From the NCBI GenBank assembly GCA_964473825.1, contig CAYYQL010000004.1, positions 1 through 64,000 on the forward strand: a stretch of DNA of 64,000 nt, given 5' to 3'. The translations under genes and the position numbers were made by a program. The notes under the pieces are model-generated. The model was not told the origin of the DNA, did no database searches, and was given only the letters and a program-made list of their open reading frames with translations. This stretch comes from an uncultured archaeon. Lineage in GTDB: Archaea > Asgardarchaeota > Thorarchaeia > Thorarchaeales > Thorarchaeaceae. Positions 18,408 through 28,975 of the stretch are shown piece after piece. The stretch's first letter is position 1, and every line of letters begins with the position of its first letter.

Positions 18408-19874
18408 GTGAACGTAATGAGTCAGAGGGTCTTTGCTGTTTTTGACATTGGAACCACAGGCACAAGGTCTTGTCTTGTGGATGAAGAGGGTCGTGAGTTG
18501 GCCAAGGAATATGAGGAATATCCTCCAATCCCACGATCTCTGAAGACGCACGAGCAGCTAACTGAAACATACTGGAGAGCAGCCTGCAATACGATGCAGA
18601 GAGCCCTCTCTGACTATGATTCGGGTGCTGACGCCGTAGTGGGCGTAGTAGTTGCAACGACGCGCGATTGCATAACGCCGGTGGACAAGAACGGTGACCC
18701 CCTTGCTCCGACCGTCACTTGGGTTGACAACAGGTCAACTGAGAAGGCCAAACAGATGGCCGAAGAGATAGGTCCCCGAAAGAGCGTCAACAAGATTATG
18801 TGGTTCGCAGAGAACCGTCCAGAGATATTTGAAAAGGCACAAAAATTTGTGACACTCGATGCCTTCATCAACCATCGTCTGTGTGGTCAGATGCTTACGG
18901 AACCTGCCAATGCAAGATTCGGCCCCATTGATCACTCTTCGCTGGAATGGTCTGAAAATCTCTGCGAGTTGACAGGGATTCCGATGGACAAGCTTGCTGA
19001 GATATCCTCCCCAGGGAGCATCATCGGTGATGTGACCGGAACAGCGGCCGATGCCACAGGTCTTCGAAAGGGCACAGTAGTCATCATGGGAAGTGGAGAC
19101 CAGCAGTGTTCTGCACTGGGCACCGGCACTATCAAGCCTGGAATTGTAAAGGCAACCACAGGAACCGGGACGTTTGTGATAACGCATACCGACGAGCATA
19201 TTGAAGATCCGTATGTGATGTTCAGCAATCCATCCGCTATTCCCGGCAAATGGATTCTTGAAGGCGTCATTCCCGGTACAGGATTGGCGTACAAATGGTA
19301 CCGAGACAACTACTGTCAGAGAGAGATGGATCTCGCCGCCAGAAGCAATCAGGATGTGTACGAGCTCATCGAGTCCAGTGCAAGCGAGATACCTGCAGGG
19401 AGTGATGGGCTTGTTGTGTTTCCTTTCATGGCCTATAATAAAGGGATAATCTACAACCTAGGCTTTGGTCATACAAGAGCACATGTGGCCCGAGCGATCA
19501 TGGAGGCAAACGGTTACGGCATACGGATGTATTTGGAGATGATGGAGGGTATGCTTGAGATTGAATATGATGAGCTTCGTGTCGACGGCGGCGGAGCCAA
19601 CTCCACACTCTGGCGGCAGATCATGGCCGACTGTACAGATAAGAAGGTGGTTCTTCCAAGGTCTCGGGACTCTACTGTGATTGGGGCTGCGATACTGGGT
19701 GCCGTTGGATCTGGAGTATACGGTTCTTTTGAAGAAGCAAGTTCCAATATGTTCAAGATTGAAGAGAAGCGCGAACCCATTCCAGAGAACGTTGAGACTT
19801 ATAGCCATCTATTTACGGTCTTCAACAAGCTCATGATTGCCGAGATGCCTGACATACTGTCTCTCACCTCATGA
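18408..19874 (+). CDS. FGGY-family carbohydrate/polyol kinase
   Basis: FDIGTTGTR, GDQQ, TTGTG and VDGGGANS motifs. Confidence 0.88.
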   Translation: MNVMSQRVFAVFDIGTTGTRSCLVDEEGRELAKEYEEYPPIPRSLKTHEQLTETYWRAACNTMQRALSDYDSGADAVVGVVVATTRDCITPVDKNGDPLAPTVTWVDNRSTEKAKQMAEEIGPRKSVNKIMWFAENRPEIFEKAQKFVTLDAFINHRLCGQMLTEPANARFGPIDHSSLEWSENLCELTGIPMDKLAEISSPGSIIGDVTGTAADATGLRKGTVVIMGSGDQQCSALGTGTIKPGIVKATTGTGTFVITHTDEHIEDPYVMFSNPSAIPGKWILEGVIPGTGLAYKWYRDNYCQREMDLAARSNQDVYELIESSASEIPAGSDGLVVFPFMAYNKGIIYNLGFGHTRAHVARAIMEANGYGIRMYLEMMEGMLEIEYDELRVDGGGANSTLWRQIMADCTDKKVVLPRSRDSTVIGAAILGAVGSGVYGSFEEASSNMFKIEEKREPIPENVETYSHLFTVFNKLMIAEMPDILSLTS

Positions 19875-19921
19875 CCACAGTGGTTGCACTGTTCCAAGAC
19901 CGTTCTCAGAAGAAGAGCGCT

Positions 19922-20167
19922 CTAGTCTTCTTCCGCTGTGTTTCCCCAGAACCGGCCGAGGAAAACTAACGCAAATACCAGTTCTGAGCCACTCAGTCTT
20001 TCGGCAAGCCATTCGATACGTTTGCTGATAGTGTCCTCGAACTCCCAGGCGCTACGTGAAATCTCCACAAGATGCTCGAACCTCTCTTCTGGGATTCCCA
20101 AAGCGATAGTCAGCTTCTCGGCATCGTGTTCGGTTATGGCTAGCGTGCCTAGATTGTATGTTGGCAT
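19922..20167 (-). CDS. Small hypothetical protein
   Basis: 81-aa ORF with a GGAGGT ribosome-binding site. Confidence 0.7.
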   Translation of the reverse strand: MPTYNLGTLAITEHDAEKLTIALGIPEERFEHLVEISRSAWEFEDTISKRIEWLAERLSGSELVFALVFLGRFWGNTAEED

Positions 20168-20382
20168 TGGTAATCTACCTCCAAGAAAGTTCGGCTCCTT
20201 CCCCGGTTTTCAGAGCCGCAACCACGGCCTGGCTCTTTTAATCTATCTTGTTTCTCCTCATCGAGTCCAACACGTTGGTCTATGACATATTCATTCCGAA
20301 AGAGTTGTATTGGTTGAGAGGTTCAATCTGATTCACAGAGGTTCTGGTTACTAGTTCGAATCAACTGGAGAATGAACTATTC

Positions 20383-22041
20383 ATGACCGAATACGACTAT
20401 GATGTCATCGTCATTGGCGGTGGTAGTACAGGAACAGCCGTGGCTCGAGATTGCGCCATGCGAGGTCTCAGGACCTTGTTACTCGAGCGTGATGACATCG
20501 CCTCAGCCACCGTGGGAACCTGTGCTGGTATGATTTCGTCAGGTCTCAAGTATATGGAGGAACCTGAGATTGTTGACATGTGTTCTGCTGAAGTGGTTCA
20601 CTTCAACCATATCGCACGACACATCATCGCAAAGAACCCGATTCTAACACCAATGCTTCAGATGAGTGACCTCTCAACTGGAGGCAACTTTGCAGAGGAA
20701 TACTCAAAGAGAGCTGCGGAGAGAGATGTCCCACCTGTCCTGTTCCTAACTCCCGAGGATTCTCTTGAGATTGAACCGATGCTCAATCCAGAGATCATCG
20801 CTTCAATGTATTTCGAGGAGTTCTTCATCGATCCCTTCAGATTATGTTTGCTTCAGGCCCTGGATGCAAAACAACACGGTGCAGATATCAACACCTATTC
20901 CGAAGTCACGGAGATATTGGTGGCTGACGGGACGATTCGAGGTGTCAAGGCATTCGACAGAACAACTGGAGAGGTCGCCCCGTTCACATCAGCCATTGTC
21001 GTGAACGCTGCAGGCCCCTGGGCGCACAAGATTGCAGCTCTTGCAGAGGTGCCACTTGGACTACGGTTGAATAAAGGCGCTCATGTCATCCTTGATAGAA
21101 GAGTGGTCAACGTTGGAGTAGTCACCAAGGCCGTTGATGGGCGTATGATTTACCTTTTCCCTCATGAGAATACAGTATTGCTGGGAACTACTGCACTGGA
21201 CACATGGGAAGACCCCGATACGTTGACTGCTTCTCACGATGAGATTGAATACCTGCTCAAGAGCATCGAGTGGGTGGTACCTTCTATCAGAGAGGCCAGG
21301 ATAATACGGACCATGGAAGGTGTCCGGCCGCTCGTTGCTGACTGGAAGATACCTGAAGATGATGTGACTCGTGGGTACGCGATTGTGGATCATGACACAG
21401 ACGGTGTTTCGGGGCTGCTGAGTTTTACCGGGGGGAAGCTTGTCATGTGTCGCCAGATGGCCGAAGATGTGACGGGTATGGTCTGCCAGAAGCTCGGAAT
21501 TGAGGCCGATTGCCGAACCCACAAGGAACCTCTGCCCGGCAATGATGGTGATGTTGACGTTCTTGCTCTTGCTGAGAAGTATGCTGTTTCTCAACACACT
21601 GTCGAGCGAATGAGGGCACGGCGAGGAACCGAAACAGAACAAGTCCTTGAGCTCACACGAGATCACCCCTCATGGAAAAGCACTATCTGCACGTGTGAAC
21701 CGGTTATCGAGGCTGAGCTCCGTTACAGCATACGCAACGAGTTTCCACAGACCATCAATGACTTGAGACGCCGTCTGAGAGTGGGAACGGGACCATGTCA
21801 AGGGACTTTCTGCACCTTCAAGGTTGCGGGGATTCTCGCAGAGGAGAATAACCTGGATGCGCCGAGTGCCTATCTTGAGGTGCTGAGCTATCTTGCTGAG
21901 CGGTGGAAAGGTAAGCGACCTCCCATGCGGGGAGAACAACTTGCCCAAGAGGAGCTGGTTCAAGGTGTCTATGCATGTGTGGCCAATTTGGATCGGACAG
22001 TGACAGACTACGAGCCTAGTCCGTGGGAGGAGGATGCATGA
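20383..22041 (+). CDS. glpA: Anaerobic glycerol-3-phosphate dehydrogenase subunit A-like
   Basis: IGGGSTG FAD motif, GVRPL and GGKL; C-terminal BFD-like ICTCE...GPCQGTFC. Confidence 0.88.
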   Translation: MTEYDYDVIVIGGGSTGTAVARDCAMRGLRTLLLERDDIASATVGTCAGMISSGLKYMEEPEIVDMCSAEVVHFNHIARHIIAKNPILTPMLQMSDLSTGGNFAEEYSKRAAERDVPPVLFLTPEDSLEIEPMLNPEIIASMYFEEFFIDPFRLCLLQALDAKQHGADINTYSEVTEILVADGTIRGVKAFDRTTGEVAPFTSAIVVNAAGPWAHKIAALAEVPLGLRLNKGAHVILDRRVVNVGVVTKAVDGRMIYLFPHENTVLLGTTALDTWEDPDTLTASHDEIEYLLKSIEWVVPSIREARIIRTMEGVRPLVADWKIPEDDVTRGYAIVDHDTDGVSGLLSFTGGKLVMCRQMAEDVTGMVCQKLGIEADCRTHKEPLPGNDGDVDVLALAEKYAVSQHTVERMRARRGTETEQVLELTRDHPSWKSTICTCEPVIEAELRYSIRNEFPQTINDLRRRLRVGTGPCQGTFCTFKVAGILAEENNLDAPSAYLEVLSYLAERWKGKRPPMRGEQLAQEELVQGVYACVANLDRTVTDYEPSPWEEDA

Positions 22042-23390
22042 TGAATCTGGAGGCCGATGTTCTTGTCATCGGTGGGGGAATGGCTGGGCTTGCAGCAGCA
22101 TGCGCAGCTGCTGAGGCGGGAGCAAGCGTTACTGTAGTTCGCAAGGGACACGGGGCAACCTCCGATTCATCGGGCGCCATTGATATTGCTGGTTATCTAC
22201 CCGGAGGCAATACGCCCTTTGAGTCGGCACGCGAGGGCATTCACGCATTAGTTGGACTGTTCCTGTATCATCCATATTCAGTATTGGAGCGGGGGACAGC
22301 TGGTACTGACTCAGCATTTGAGCGAATTGAGGAGTCCGCCACGATGTTGAGGAAGTGGCTTCTAGGGACTCCTGCAGAGATTACAGGGTCATTGGAGCGC
22401 AATGTCATGCCGGTGACAGTACTAGGGTCTTCCAAACCCACAAGCCTCCTTCAGAAGACCATGGTGCCTCCAGATTGGGATGATGACTCTACACTTCTTT
22501 TTGCTGGGTTCACAGGCAATCCCGATTTCAATGCCTCCCTCGCTGCGAAGGGTTTCATAGCCGAAAGGATCCAACTGGGCGACCCACCGAGAAAGATTGC
22601 GGATGCTGAGTTGCGAGTGGCTCCTTTCGGGAAGCCCTACAATGCATCATCGGTTGAGATTGCCCGCCATCTGGATCATCCTAATGGTCCTGATACTCTC
22701 ATAGAGGAGCTGACCCCCCACGTAGAGAGGATTGGAGTGACACATGTTGCTCTGCCGCCTGTCTTGGGTCTGAAGGCACCAGCTCGGGTTCATCATATCT
22801 TAGAGGAACAGCTCGACGTGAAGGTATTTGAGCTTCTTTCCTTTCCACCTTCTGTACCGGGACTTCGTCTACTGAAATCGCTTGACAGCAATCTTGTGAG
22901 TTGTGGCGGTCGTATTCTCGAGGCACATGAAGCTATAGACTGTGAGAGGGAAAATGACCAGCTGGTGCGAGTCCGATGCAGGACCCATCATCGTTCACTG
23001 GATATACTTCCGGGTTCCGTTGTTCTGGCAACCGGGAAGTTCGTTGGCGGAGGTATTGCTGGTACGGAAGAGGGACTCTCCGAAGGGATATTCGATTTAC
23101 CCATTGTTTCAGAAGACTGGACTTCAACGGGTAGTCTTCGCCCCCAGAGGCTGACAGGACCCATATCAATCAATAACAGAGGACATAGGCTCTTTGCCTG
23201 TGGAATTGCTATCGACGACCTTCTGCGGCCACTGGACCAGTCAGGAAACCCATTTGCAGAGAATCTGTTCTCTGCTGGTAGTATTCTTGCTGGATACAAC
23301 TACCCCGTGGAGAAGAGCGGCCTAGGTGTGGCCTTGGCCACCGGTGTTGCCGCAGGGATGAATGCGGTTGAGAACTCGGAAGAGGGCTAG
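22038..23390 (+). CDS. glpB: Anaerobic glycerol-3-phosphate dehydrogenase subunit B-like
   Basis: GGGMAG, SSGAID, PPSVPGLRL, LATGKFVGGG and GLGVALATG motifs. Confidence 0.88.
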   Translation: MMNLEADVLVIGGGMAGLAAACAAAEAGASVTVVRKGHGATSDSSGAIDIAGYLPGGNTPFESAREGIHALVGLFLYHPYSVLERGTAGTDSAFERIEESATMLRKWLLGTPAEITGSLERNVMPVTVLGSSKPTSLLQKTMVPPDWDDDSTLLFAGFTGNPDFNASLAAKGFIAERIQLGDPPRKIADAELRVAPFGKPYNASSVEIARHLDHPNGPDTLIEELTPHVERIGVTHVALPPVLGLKAPARVHHILEEQLDVKVFELLSFPPSVPGLRLLKSLDSNLVSCGGRILEAHEAIDCERENDQLVRVRCRTHHRSLDILPGSVVLATGKFVGGGIAGTEEGLSEGIFDLPIVSEDWTSTGSLRPQRLTGPISINNRGHRLFACGIAIDDLLRPLDQSGNPFAENLFSAGSILAGYNYPVEKSGLGVALATGVAAGMNAVENSEEG

Positions 23391-23392
23391 AC

Positions 23393-24625
23393 ATGAGTGA
23401 AGAAGAAGCCTATGAATTTGTCAAGGGCACACTGAAAGAAGAGGGAATTGTTCCATTCCACGCTGACGAGCTGGAGGTCGTGAAATCCATTGAGAACTGT
23501 ATCAACTGCGGTCTCTGTATCAACCACTGTCCTGTGGTCGCCTCGGTTGGACTTGATCGATTCAGTGGGCCTAGGAGTATTGCTGTTCAACTAACAAGAG
23601 CACCTCCTGAGTACTGGGCAACAGCGGATACAATCTACCTGTGCACAGGCTGTGGGACATGTCGAGAGGTCTGTCCCAAGAACGTAAATGTGCCCGAGAT
23701 AGTGAACATTGTAAGGGCCCGAATATTCAAGACCCGTCGTGACCTCGTGCCAAAGGGTCTCTTCGGTGTGCATGAAGTTCTAACAGAACACAGTACCGCC
23801 TTTGAGCCTTGGGATGAGCCCGAAGAGAAGGAGGCAAGTCGCGATATGCGAATTGAAAGACTTGGTCTCAGATTCGTTCCCGATCGAATCAAGGACAGCG
23901 CCGAGGTCCTATTTTATCCCGGTTGTCAGGCTGAAGAACGCGCTCAAGAAGTTAGAGAGGCTGGAAAGATGATTCTGCATCATTTCAAAGTCGACTACAC
24001 GCTGCTTGAGAAATTCAATTGCTGCGGTCTTCCTGCCCGACTCATGGGCGATGACGATACGGCACGTGCCCTCGCTGCAGACCTGAAGAGAAAAGTCAAG
24101 TCGCTTGGAGTATCAAAGGTAGTGACAACCTGTGCTGGGTGTACTTCCAGTCTCAACGACATTGCTCTACGTGATGATTGGGGAGTTCCTGTTTATCACA
24201 TGGTTGAGTATCTCGTACACGAAATAGGTCTAAATCGAGTGGTTTCTGCTATGCAGGCAGACAGTGGAGACGGTCTCAAGGTGGCTGTACACGATCCATG
24301 TCATCTCATTCGGCATACTTCACGCCAGACAATGCAAGATGCACTTGACCTACTCCGTGCAGTACCTGGGGTTGAAGTCATCTCATCCGGCGTGTCAGAT
24401 TCATGTTGTGGTGGTGGCGGACTGGTGGCGTACCATTCCAAGGATGTGGCCTCTGCAGTCACCAGAGAGAATGTAACGGGCATAACCGCCTCGGATGCAG
24501 AAAGGATTGTTACACCTTGCCCTCTGTGTACGGCGCAGATTGAAGCCAGTCTATTTCGCGGCGGCAGCTCGATTGAAGTCGATGATCTAAGCGTCTTTGT
24601 TGCCCAGCGACTGGGTAGGGAGTGA
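23393..24625 (+). CDS. glpC: GlpC/HdrD-like Fe-S protein (2x[4Fe-4S] + 2 CCG domains)
   Basis: CINCGLCINHCP, CTGCGTCREVCP, two CCG motifs and HDPC. Confidence 0.8.
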   Translation: MSEEEAYEFVKGTLKEEGIVPFHADELEVVKSIENCINCGLCINHCPVVASVGLDRFSGPRSIAVQLTRAPPEYWATADTIYLCTGCGTCREVCPKNVNVPEIVNIVRARIFKTRRDLVPKGLFGVHEVLTEHSTAFEPWDEPEEKEASRDMRIERLGLRFVPDRIKDSAEVLFYPGCQAEERAQEVREAGKMILHHFKVDYTLLEKFNCCGLPARLMGDDDTARALAADLKRKVKSLGVSKVVTTCAGCTSSLNDIALRDDWGVPVYHMVEYLVHEIGLNRVVSAMQADSGDGLKVAVHDPCHLIRHTSRQTMQDALDLLRAVPGVEVISSGVSDSCCGGGGLVAYHSKDVASAVTRENVTGITASDAERIVTPCPLCTAQIEASLFRGGSSIEVDDLSVFVAQRLGRE

Positions 24626-24631
24626 TTTGAG

Positions 24632-26059
24632 ATGGTGGACACTGAGACTCTGTCAACACTGGAAGCCCGCCTCTCAGATGTTGTGGGCGAGGCAAACATC
24701 AGCAGGTCAGTTTCGGATATGATTCTGAACGCGCATGACGCTTGGCCGCTTAGCGAGGCGAGAATCCGAGCGGGTGAGATGCTGCCAACCGCGGATATGA
24801 TTGTTTTTCCTGCGACAACCGAAGAGGTTGCCGACGTTCTCAGAATAGCCAATGAGACCTGTGTCCCAGTTATCCCTGTCGGTGGTGGTGCAGGGACATG
24901 CGGTGGAACTCTCCCCGTCTACGGTGGTATTCAACTGGATATCAAGAGGATGGACCAGGTGCTGCGGATTGACCACGAGTCCCTTACTGTCACTGCAGAA
25001 GCAGGTATTGTCGGGATTGAGCTAGAAGAAGCTGTGAATCGTCATGGTTACACAACAGGTCACACACCCACTTCTCTGAGAGCCTCGAATCTTGGAGGTT
25101 TCATTGCAACTCGTTCGGGGGGATCAATGTCCTCTCTCTATGGAAAGATTGAGGATCTTACTCTGGGTCTGGAAGTCGTCTTACCCGATGGAAGCGTAAT
25201 CCAATGCAAGGCTCTCCCAAGACACTCTGTTGGTCCGGACCTCAAGAATCTGTTTATCGGGTCCGAAGGAACATTGGGGGTCATAACACAAGCAACGATG
25301 AAGATCTTCCCCATCCCTGAGAAACGGTCTTTTCGCAGTATGTGCTTCCCTGATGTCCATAGCGGACTTGGTGCTGTCAGAGAGATCCTCCAGAGTGGTA
25401 TCTCTCCCTCAGTAGTACGGCTCTATGACCCCAATGATACAGCCATGAGTGTTAGCGTGCATTTTGATGTGGAAGAGGGAGATTGCATGCTGATGCTTGC
25501 ATTTGACGGAATCTCTGAGAAGGTGGATTTAGACGAACGTATATCCGCCAAGATATGCCTCGAACATGGAGCGAAGGACTACGGTGAGGGGCCCGCCAAA
25601 CGCTGGTGGGGGCATCGCTACGATATGTACTATCCTACCAAGTTCACAACTGCTGGCTATTCCATAGGCGATACAATCGATATTGTGGCTACATATGACA
25701 AACTGGAAGATGTCTATCACTCTATGAAGACGGCCATGGAAGCGCATGATGCCGTGGTCATGTCCCATTTTTCGCACATGTATCCGAATGGAGGAAGCAT
25801 CTACATGATATTTTTCACCTCTCAGCCCACTGCTGAAAAAGCCTGGTTAATCTACAAGAAGATCTGGGATGATGGGATTGAGGCCTGCTTGAAGTCAGGT
25901 GGAGCCATGAGCCATCAACACGGTGTCGGGCTGTCTCGGTCAACCTATATGGAGGGCGAATGGGGCTCGGCCTTCGGCGTGATAAAGCAGATCAAACGTG
26001 TCCTTGACCCCAATGGAATCATGAACCCCGGGAAGCTCGGATTGGGGGTGCGAGAATGA
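24632..26059 (+). CDS. FAD-linked oxidoreductase, alkylglycerone-phosphate synthase (AGPS)/YgcU-like
   Basis: VAO-family motifs GHTPTS, GGFIATRSGG, YGKIEDL, PRHSVGPD, GSEGTLG, SHMY and SHQHGVG. Confidence 0.8.
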   Translation: MVDTETLSTLEARLSDVVGEANISRSVSDMILNAHDAWPLSEARIRAGEMLPTADMIVFPATTEEVADVLRIANETCVPVIPVGGGAGTCGGTLPVYGGIQLDIKRMDQVLRIDHESLTVTAEAGIVGIELEEAVNRHGYTTGHTPTSLRASNLGGFIATRSGGSMSSLYGKIEDLTLGLEVVLPDGSVIQCKALPRHSVGPDLKNLFIGSEGTLGVITQATMKIFPIPEKRSFRSMCFPDVHSGLGAVREILQSGISPSVVRLYDPNDTAMSVSVHFDVEEGDCMLMLAFDGISEKVDLDERISAKICLEHGAKDYGEGPAKRWWGHRYDMYYPTKFTTAGYSIGDTIDIVATYDKLEDVYHSMKTAMEAHDAVVMSHFSHMYPNGGSIYMIFFTSQPTAEKAWLIYKKIWDDGIEACLKSGGAMSHQHGVGLSRSTYMEGEWGSAFGVIKQIKRVLDPNGIMNPGKLGLGVRE

Positions 26060-27177
26060 TAGAGCCTGATAAGATTCCAGAGCAGGTTCGAATGTGTGCG
26101 GCCTGCCCAAAGATGTGTCGTCATGTCTGCCCCACATTCTTTGCCTGGAGGTCTGATTCCCCTACTCCTCATGGCCGTGCACTTCTCATCCATTATGACG
26201 GCACTGGTTCTCAGAAGCTGGATCCCAGAGGCATTGAGATTCTCTATCAATGCCTTGAATGCAGCCATTGTCTTACGTGGTGTCTTCCAGAGATTGACAT
26301 TGCCAATATCGTTGAGGCAACTCGACGACACATTGTTGAATCCGGCACTCAACCAGAAGGGCTTGTCAGAATGGTGGATTCAGTACGGACCCATCATAAC
26401 CCCTTTGAGGAATCCCACTCTGAACGGAACTCATGGGTTAACTCCAAGACCATGAGTGGAGAGTCTGTCATCTATTTTGCAGGATGCACAGCATCATACA
26501 GGGAGCAGTCCATTGCTGAGAGCACATTGTCAGTCCTTTCAGATGGTCTTGGCTATAATGTCTTGGTCAGTGACGATGAGTGGTGTTGTGGTTCTCCGCT
26601 ATTCCGAACAGGTCACTATGACACTGGTCTGGAGACCGCTCGACATAACGTTGAACTGCTGAACTCCATAAACGCCGAATGCATTATCGTGAGCTGTCCC
26701 GGATGCCTGCGTGTACTAACTCAAGACTATCCAGAGAATGGGCTTGAGCTCAACAAGCCAGTATTCCATATCTCACAAGTGCTTGAGGACAGACTTGAGG
26801 TTCTATCTGATAGAACAATAAATGGAACGGCCACCTTTCATGACCCATGTCATCTCGGAAGGCACTGCGGTATCTATGACCCTCCGAGAGCCATCGTTAA
26901 ACACTTGCTTGTTGGTGGTCTTGTCGAGATGGAGCACAATCGGGATGATGCCATGTGCTGCGGTAATGGTGCAGGTCTTCGAACACTATTCCCAGACAAG
27001 GCGAAAGAGATCGGAACTGAGAGAGTTGAACAAGCAATACGAACCGAGGCCGACTTTCTGATCACAGCCTGCCCATTTTGTAAGAACCTGCTTGAAGCAC
27101 AGTCAATGGGTAAGATTGAGGTACTTGACTTACCCGAGCTTGTGCAGTTGGTGAGGCAGCATGAAGGTGAAGAGTGA
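26056..27177 (+). CDS. Fe-S oxidoreductase (HdrD/GlcF-like, CCG domains)
   Basis: CAACPKMCRHVCP, CLECSHCLTWC, WCCG, HDPCHLGR and CCG. Confidence 0.85.
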   Translation: MIEPDKIPEQVRMCAACPKMCRHVCPTFFAWRSDSPTPHGRALLIHYDGTGSQKLDPRGIEILYQCLECSHCLTWCLPEIDIANIVEATRRHIVESGTQPEGLVRMVDSVRTHHNPFEESHSERNSWVNSKTMSGESVIYFAGCTASYREQSIAESTLSVLSDGLGYNVLVSDDEWCCGSPLFRTGHYDTGLETARHNVELLNSINAECIIVSCPGCLRVLTQDYPENGLELNKPVFHISQVLEDRLEVLSDRTINGTATFHDPCHLGRHCGIYDPPRAIVKHLLVGGLVEMEHNRDDAMCCGNGAGLRTLFPDKAKEIGTERVEQAIRTEADFLITACPFCKNLLEAQSMGKIEVLDLPELVQLVRQHEGEE

Positions 27178-28334
27178 ATAGGCTTCCAGCAATATGCCAA
27201 CGTGGGACGAATACAATGACCCCTGAAGAACTGCTCCGTTTGAAAGTGCGTCTACTTACTGAGGGCGCTCATTTACCTGAGAGCGAGTGGTCTGGAAGGA
27301 GCGGTGGCGCCGGACCTGTCGGAGGAAGGTATTTCATTCTGCCGAACGGAAATCCGGTTGGCATTCCAATTAGGAGAGGCGAGAGAGCTCGGCGATATGG
27401 TTCGAAACCGCTGGTGCCCACCGAGAATCCTTCAATCTGGTTGTATGATGATAAAGTAGAACTCCGAGTGGTTCCTAGACCGCACTTCTATGATCGGGTC
27501 ACCGAAGATGGCATTCGCTACAGTCAGATTGCACTTCTACACGGCGTCGGTACTCTTGCGACTACCGCATATCAGGCCTGTAGATACTGGTCAGATGGGA
27601 CCCAGTGCAAATTCTGTACCATACCCCACTCGTGCTCATTAGGGGATACCATACTTGAGAAGACGCCAGGACAGATTGTGGAAGTACTGCAGGCCGCATT
27701 GGATGAAGAGGTAGTTGACAACGTGCTCATAACAACTGGAACCCCTGACACGCCAGATGCAGGGTCTTCAAGGCTTGTGCCGATAATTAAGGCAATCCGT
27801 GAGATTTCAGATATCCCGGTTGCAGTTCAGTTCGAACCCCCTGTCCACGAAAGACACATCTCAGAGATTGCAGCAGCCGGAGCTAACGCAGTGGGGCTTC
27901 ACATCGAGAGCGCCGATGAAGATGTTCGAGAGATGTTTTGCCCTGGAAAGACTGATTATGCATCTCTTGATATGTACCGACGGAGCTGGAGTTTTGCTCT
28001 TGATTACTTCGGAAGAGGGAATGTGAGTACATTCATCCTTCAAGGCCTTGGAGAAGACCGTGCGAAGACTCTCTCCCTCATAGAGGAGCTCGCAGCTGAG
28101 GGTGTTTTACCCGTCGTCGCGCCGGTTCGTCCGTCCGAGAAGAGTCAGTTGGCAGACTTCGTGCCGTCGTACATAGGTTCGTTCAAGGACTCGATAGCAT
28201 TCTATAAGCAGGTGGGACGAATCCTCTTGGAGTATGAACTCAATCCTGCAACCACCGCTGCTGGGTGTCACAGGTGTGGTGGCTGTACTCCTGACCAAGA
28301 GGCATATGATTGGGCGAAGGCACATAATACCTGA
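27174..28334 (+). CDS. Radical SAM protein, MSMEG_0568-like
   Basis: Expanded CX8CX2C motif (CRYWSDGTQCKFC), N-terminal GGAGP, IALLHG and C-terminal GCHRCGGC. Confidence 0.8.
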   Translation: MNRLPAICQRGTNTMTPEELLRLKVRLLTEGAHLPESEWSGRSGGAGPVGGRYFILPNGNPVGIPIRRGERARRYGSKPLVPTENPSIWLYDDKVELRVVPRPHFYDRVTEDGIRYSQIALLHGVGTLATTAYQACRYWSDGTQCKFCTIPHSCSLGDTILEKTPGQIVEVLQAALDEEVVDNVLITTGTPDTPDAGSSRLVPIIKAIREISDIPVAVQFEPPVHERHISEIAAAGANAVGLHIESADEDVREMFCPGKTDYASLDMYRRSWSFALDYFGRGNVSTFILQGLGEDRAKTLSLIEELAAEGVLPVVAPVRPSEKSQLADFVPSYIGSFKDSIAFYKQVGRILLEYELNPATTAAGCHRCGGCTPDQEAYDWAKAHNT

Positions 28335-28417
28335 ACTGAGGTAGCTGATGGCCGCCACGAAGAGATTTATGAAAGGGGTTGCCTAGAAACAACTTGGTAA
28401 AGAAAGAGGCGCTTAGC

Positions 28418-28906
28418 ATGGCGGACTGGCCACCTGAGGAGATCAGGATTGTAGAGTTTCAAGAAGAAGATGCTGAGGAGATATCAGAGCTCTTCAGGGA
28501 AGTGTGGCCAAGCGCAACTGATTACCCAGAATCTTGGAGGAAGAAGCGGCAGTATTCGCCTGAACAGGTTATCGAAGATATGCGGGATGGATACCACTAT
28601 TTTGGTGCACGACTTGAAGGCCGAATTGTGGGCGTCTACAAGGCCAAGATCACGGATAAGGGTCTATATGGAGAGCATCAGACAGTGGTTCCAGGGTGCA
28701 GAGGAACTGGTCTTGCCTCGGCCATGTATCGTCAGTTTGCAGAGTACGGCCAAGCTCACGGATGCAAACGGAACTACTGCAATATTCTTGTTTGTCAAGA
28801 TACTGCATTACGATTGATGGATAAGTTTGGTTTCCGGCCGTGGGGGAAGCCATACGAACAAGATGAAGGAATGCTTGTCCAGATGTATGAGCGACCATTG
28901 GAATAA
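28418..28906 (+). CDS. GNAT family N-acetyltransferase
   Basis: Acetyl-CoA motif A (VVPGCRGTGLAS) and KFGF. Confidence 0.85.
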   Translation: MADWPPEEIRIVEFQEEDAEEISELFREVWPSATDYPESWRKKRQYSPEQVIEDMRDGYHYFGARLEGRIVGVYKAKITDKGLYGEHQTVVPGCRGTGLASAMYRQFAEYGQAHGCKRNYCNILVCQDTALRLMDKFGFRPWGKPYEQDEGMLVQMYERPLE

Positions 28907-28975
28907 TCTCACAAACGAAAGACTATTAGACCGACTGCACGGCCTCAACGATTAACACCTTAACGAGGGAGCCAT

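Noticed and set aside
18408-19874. Calling the kinase glpK
   Set aside because: The FGGY fold is clear, but GlpK-specific motifs are not evident; the substrate is left open.
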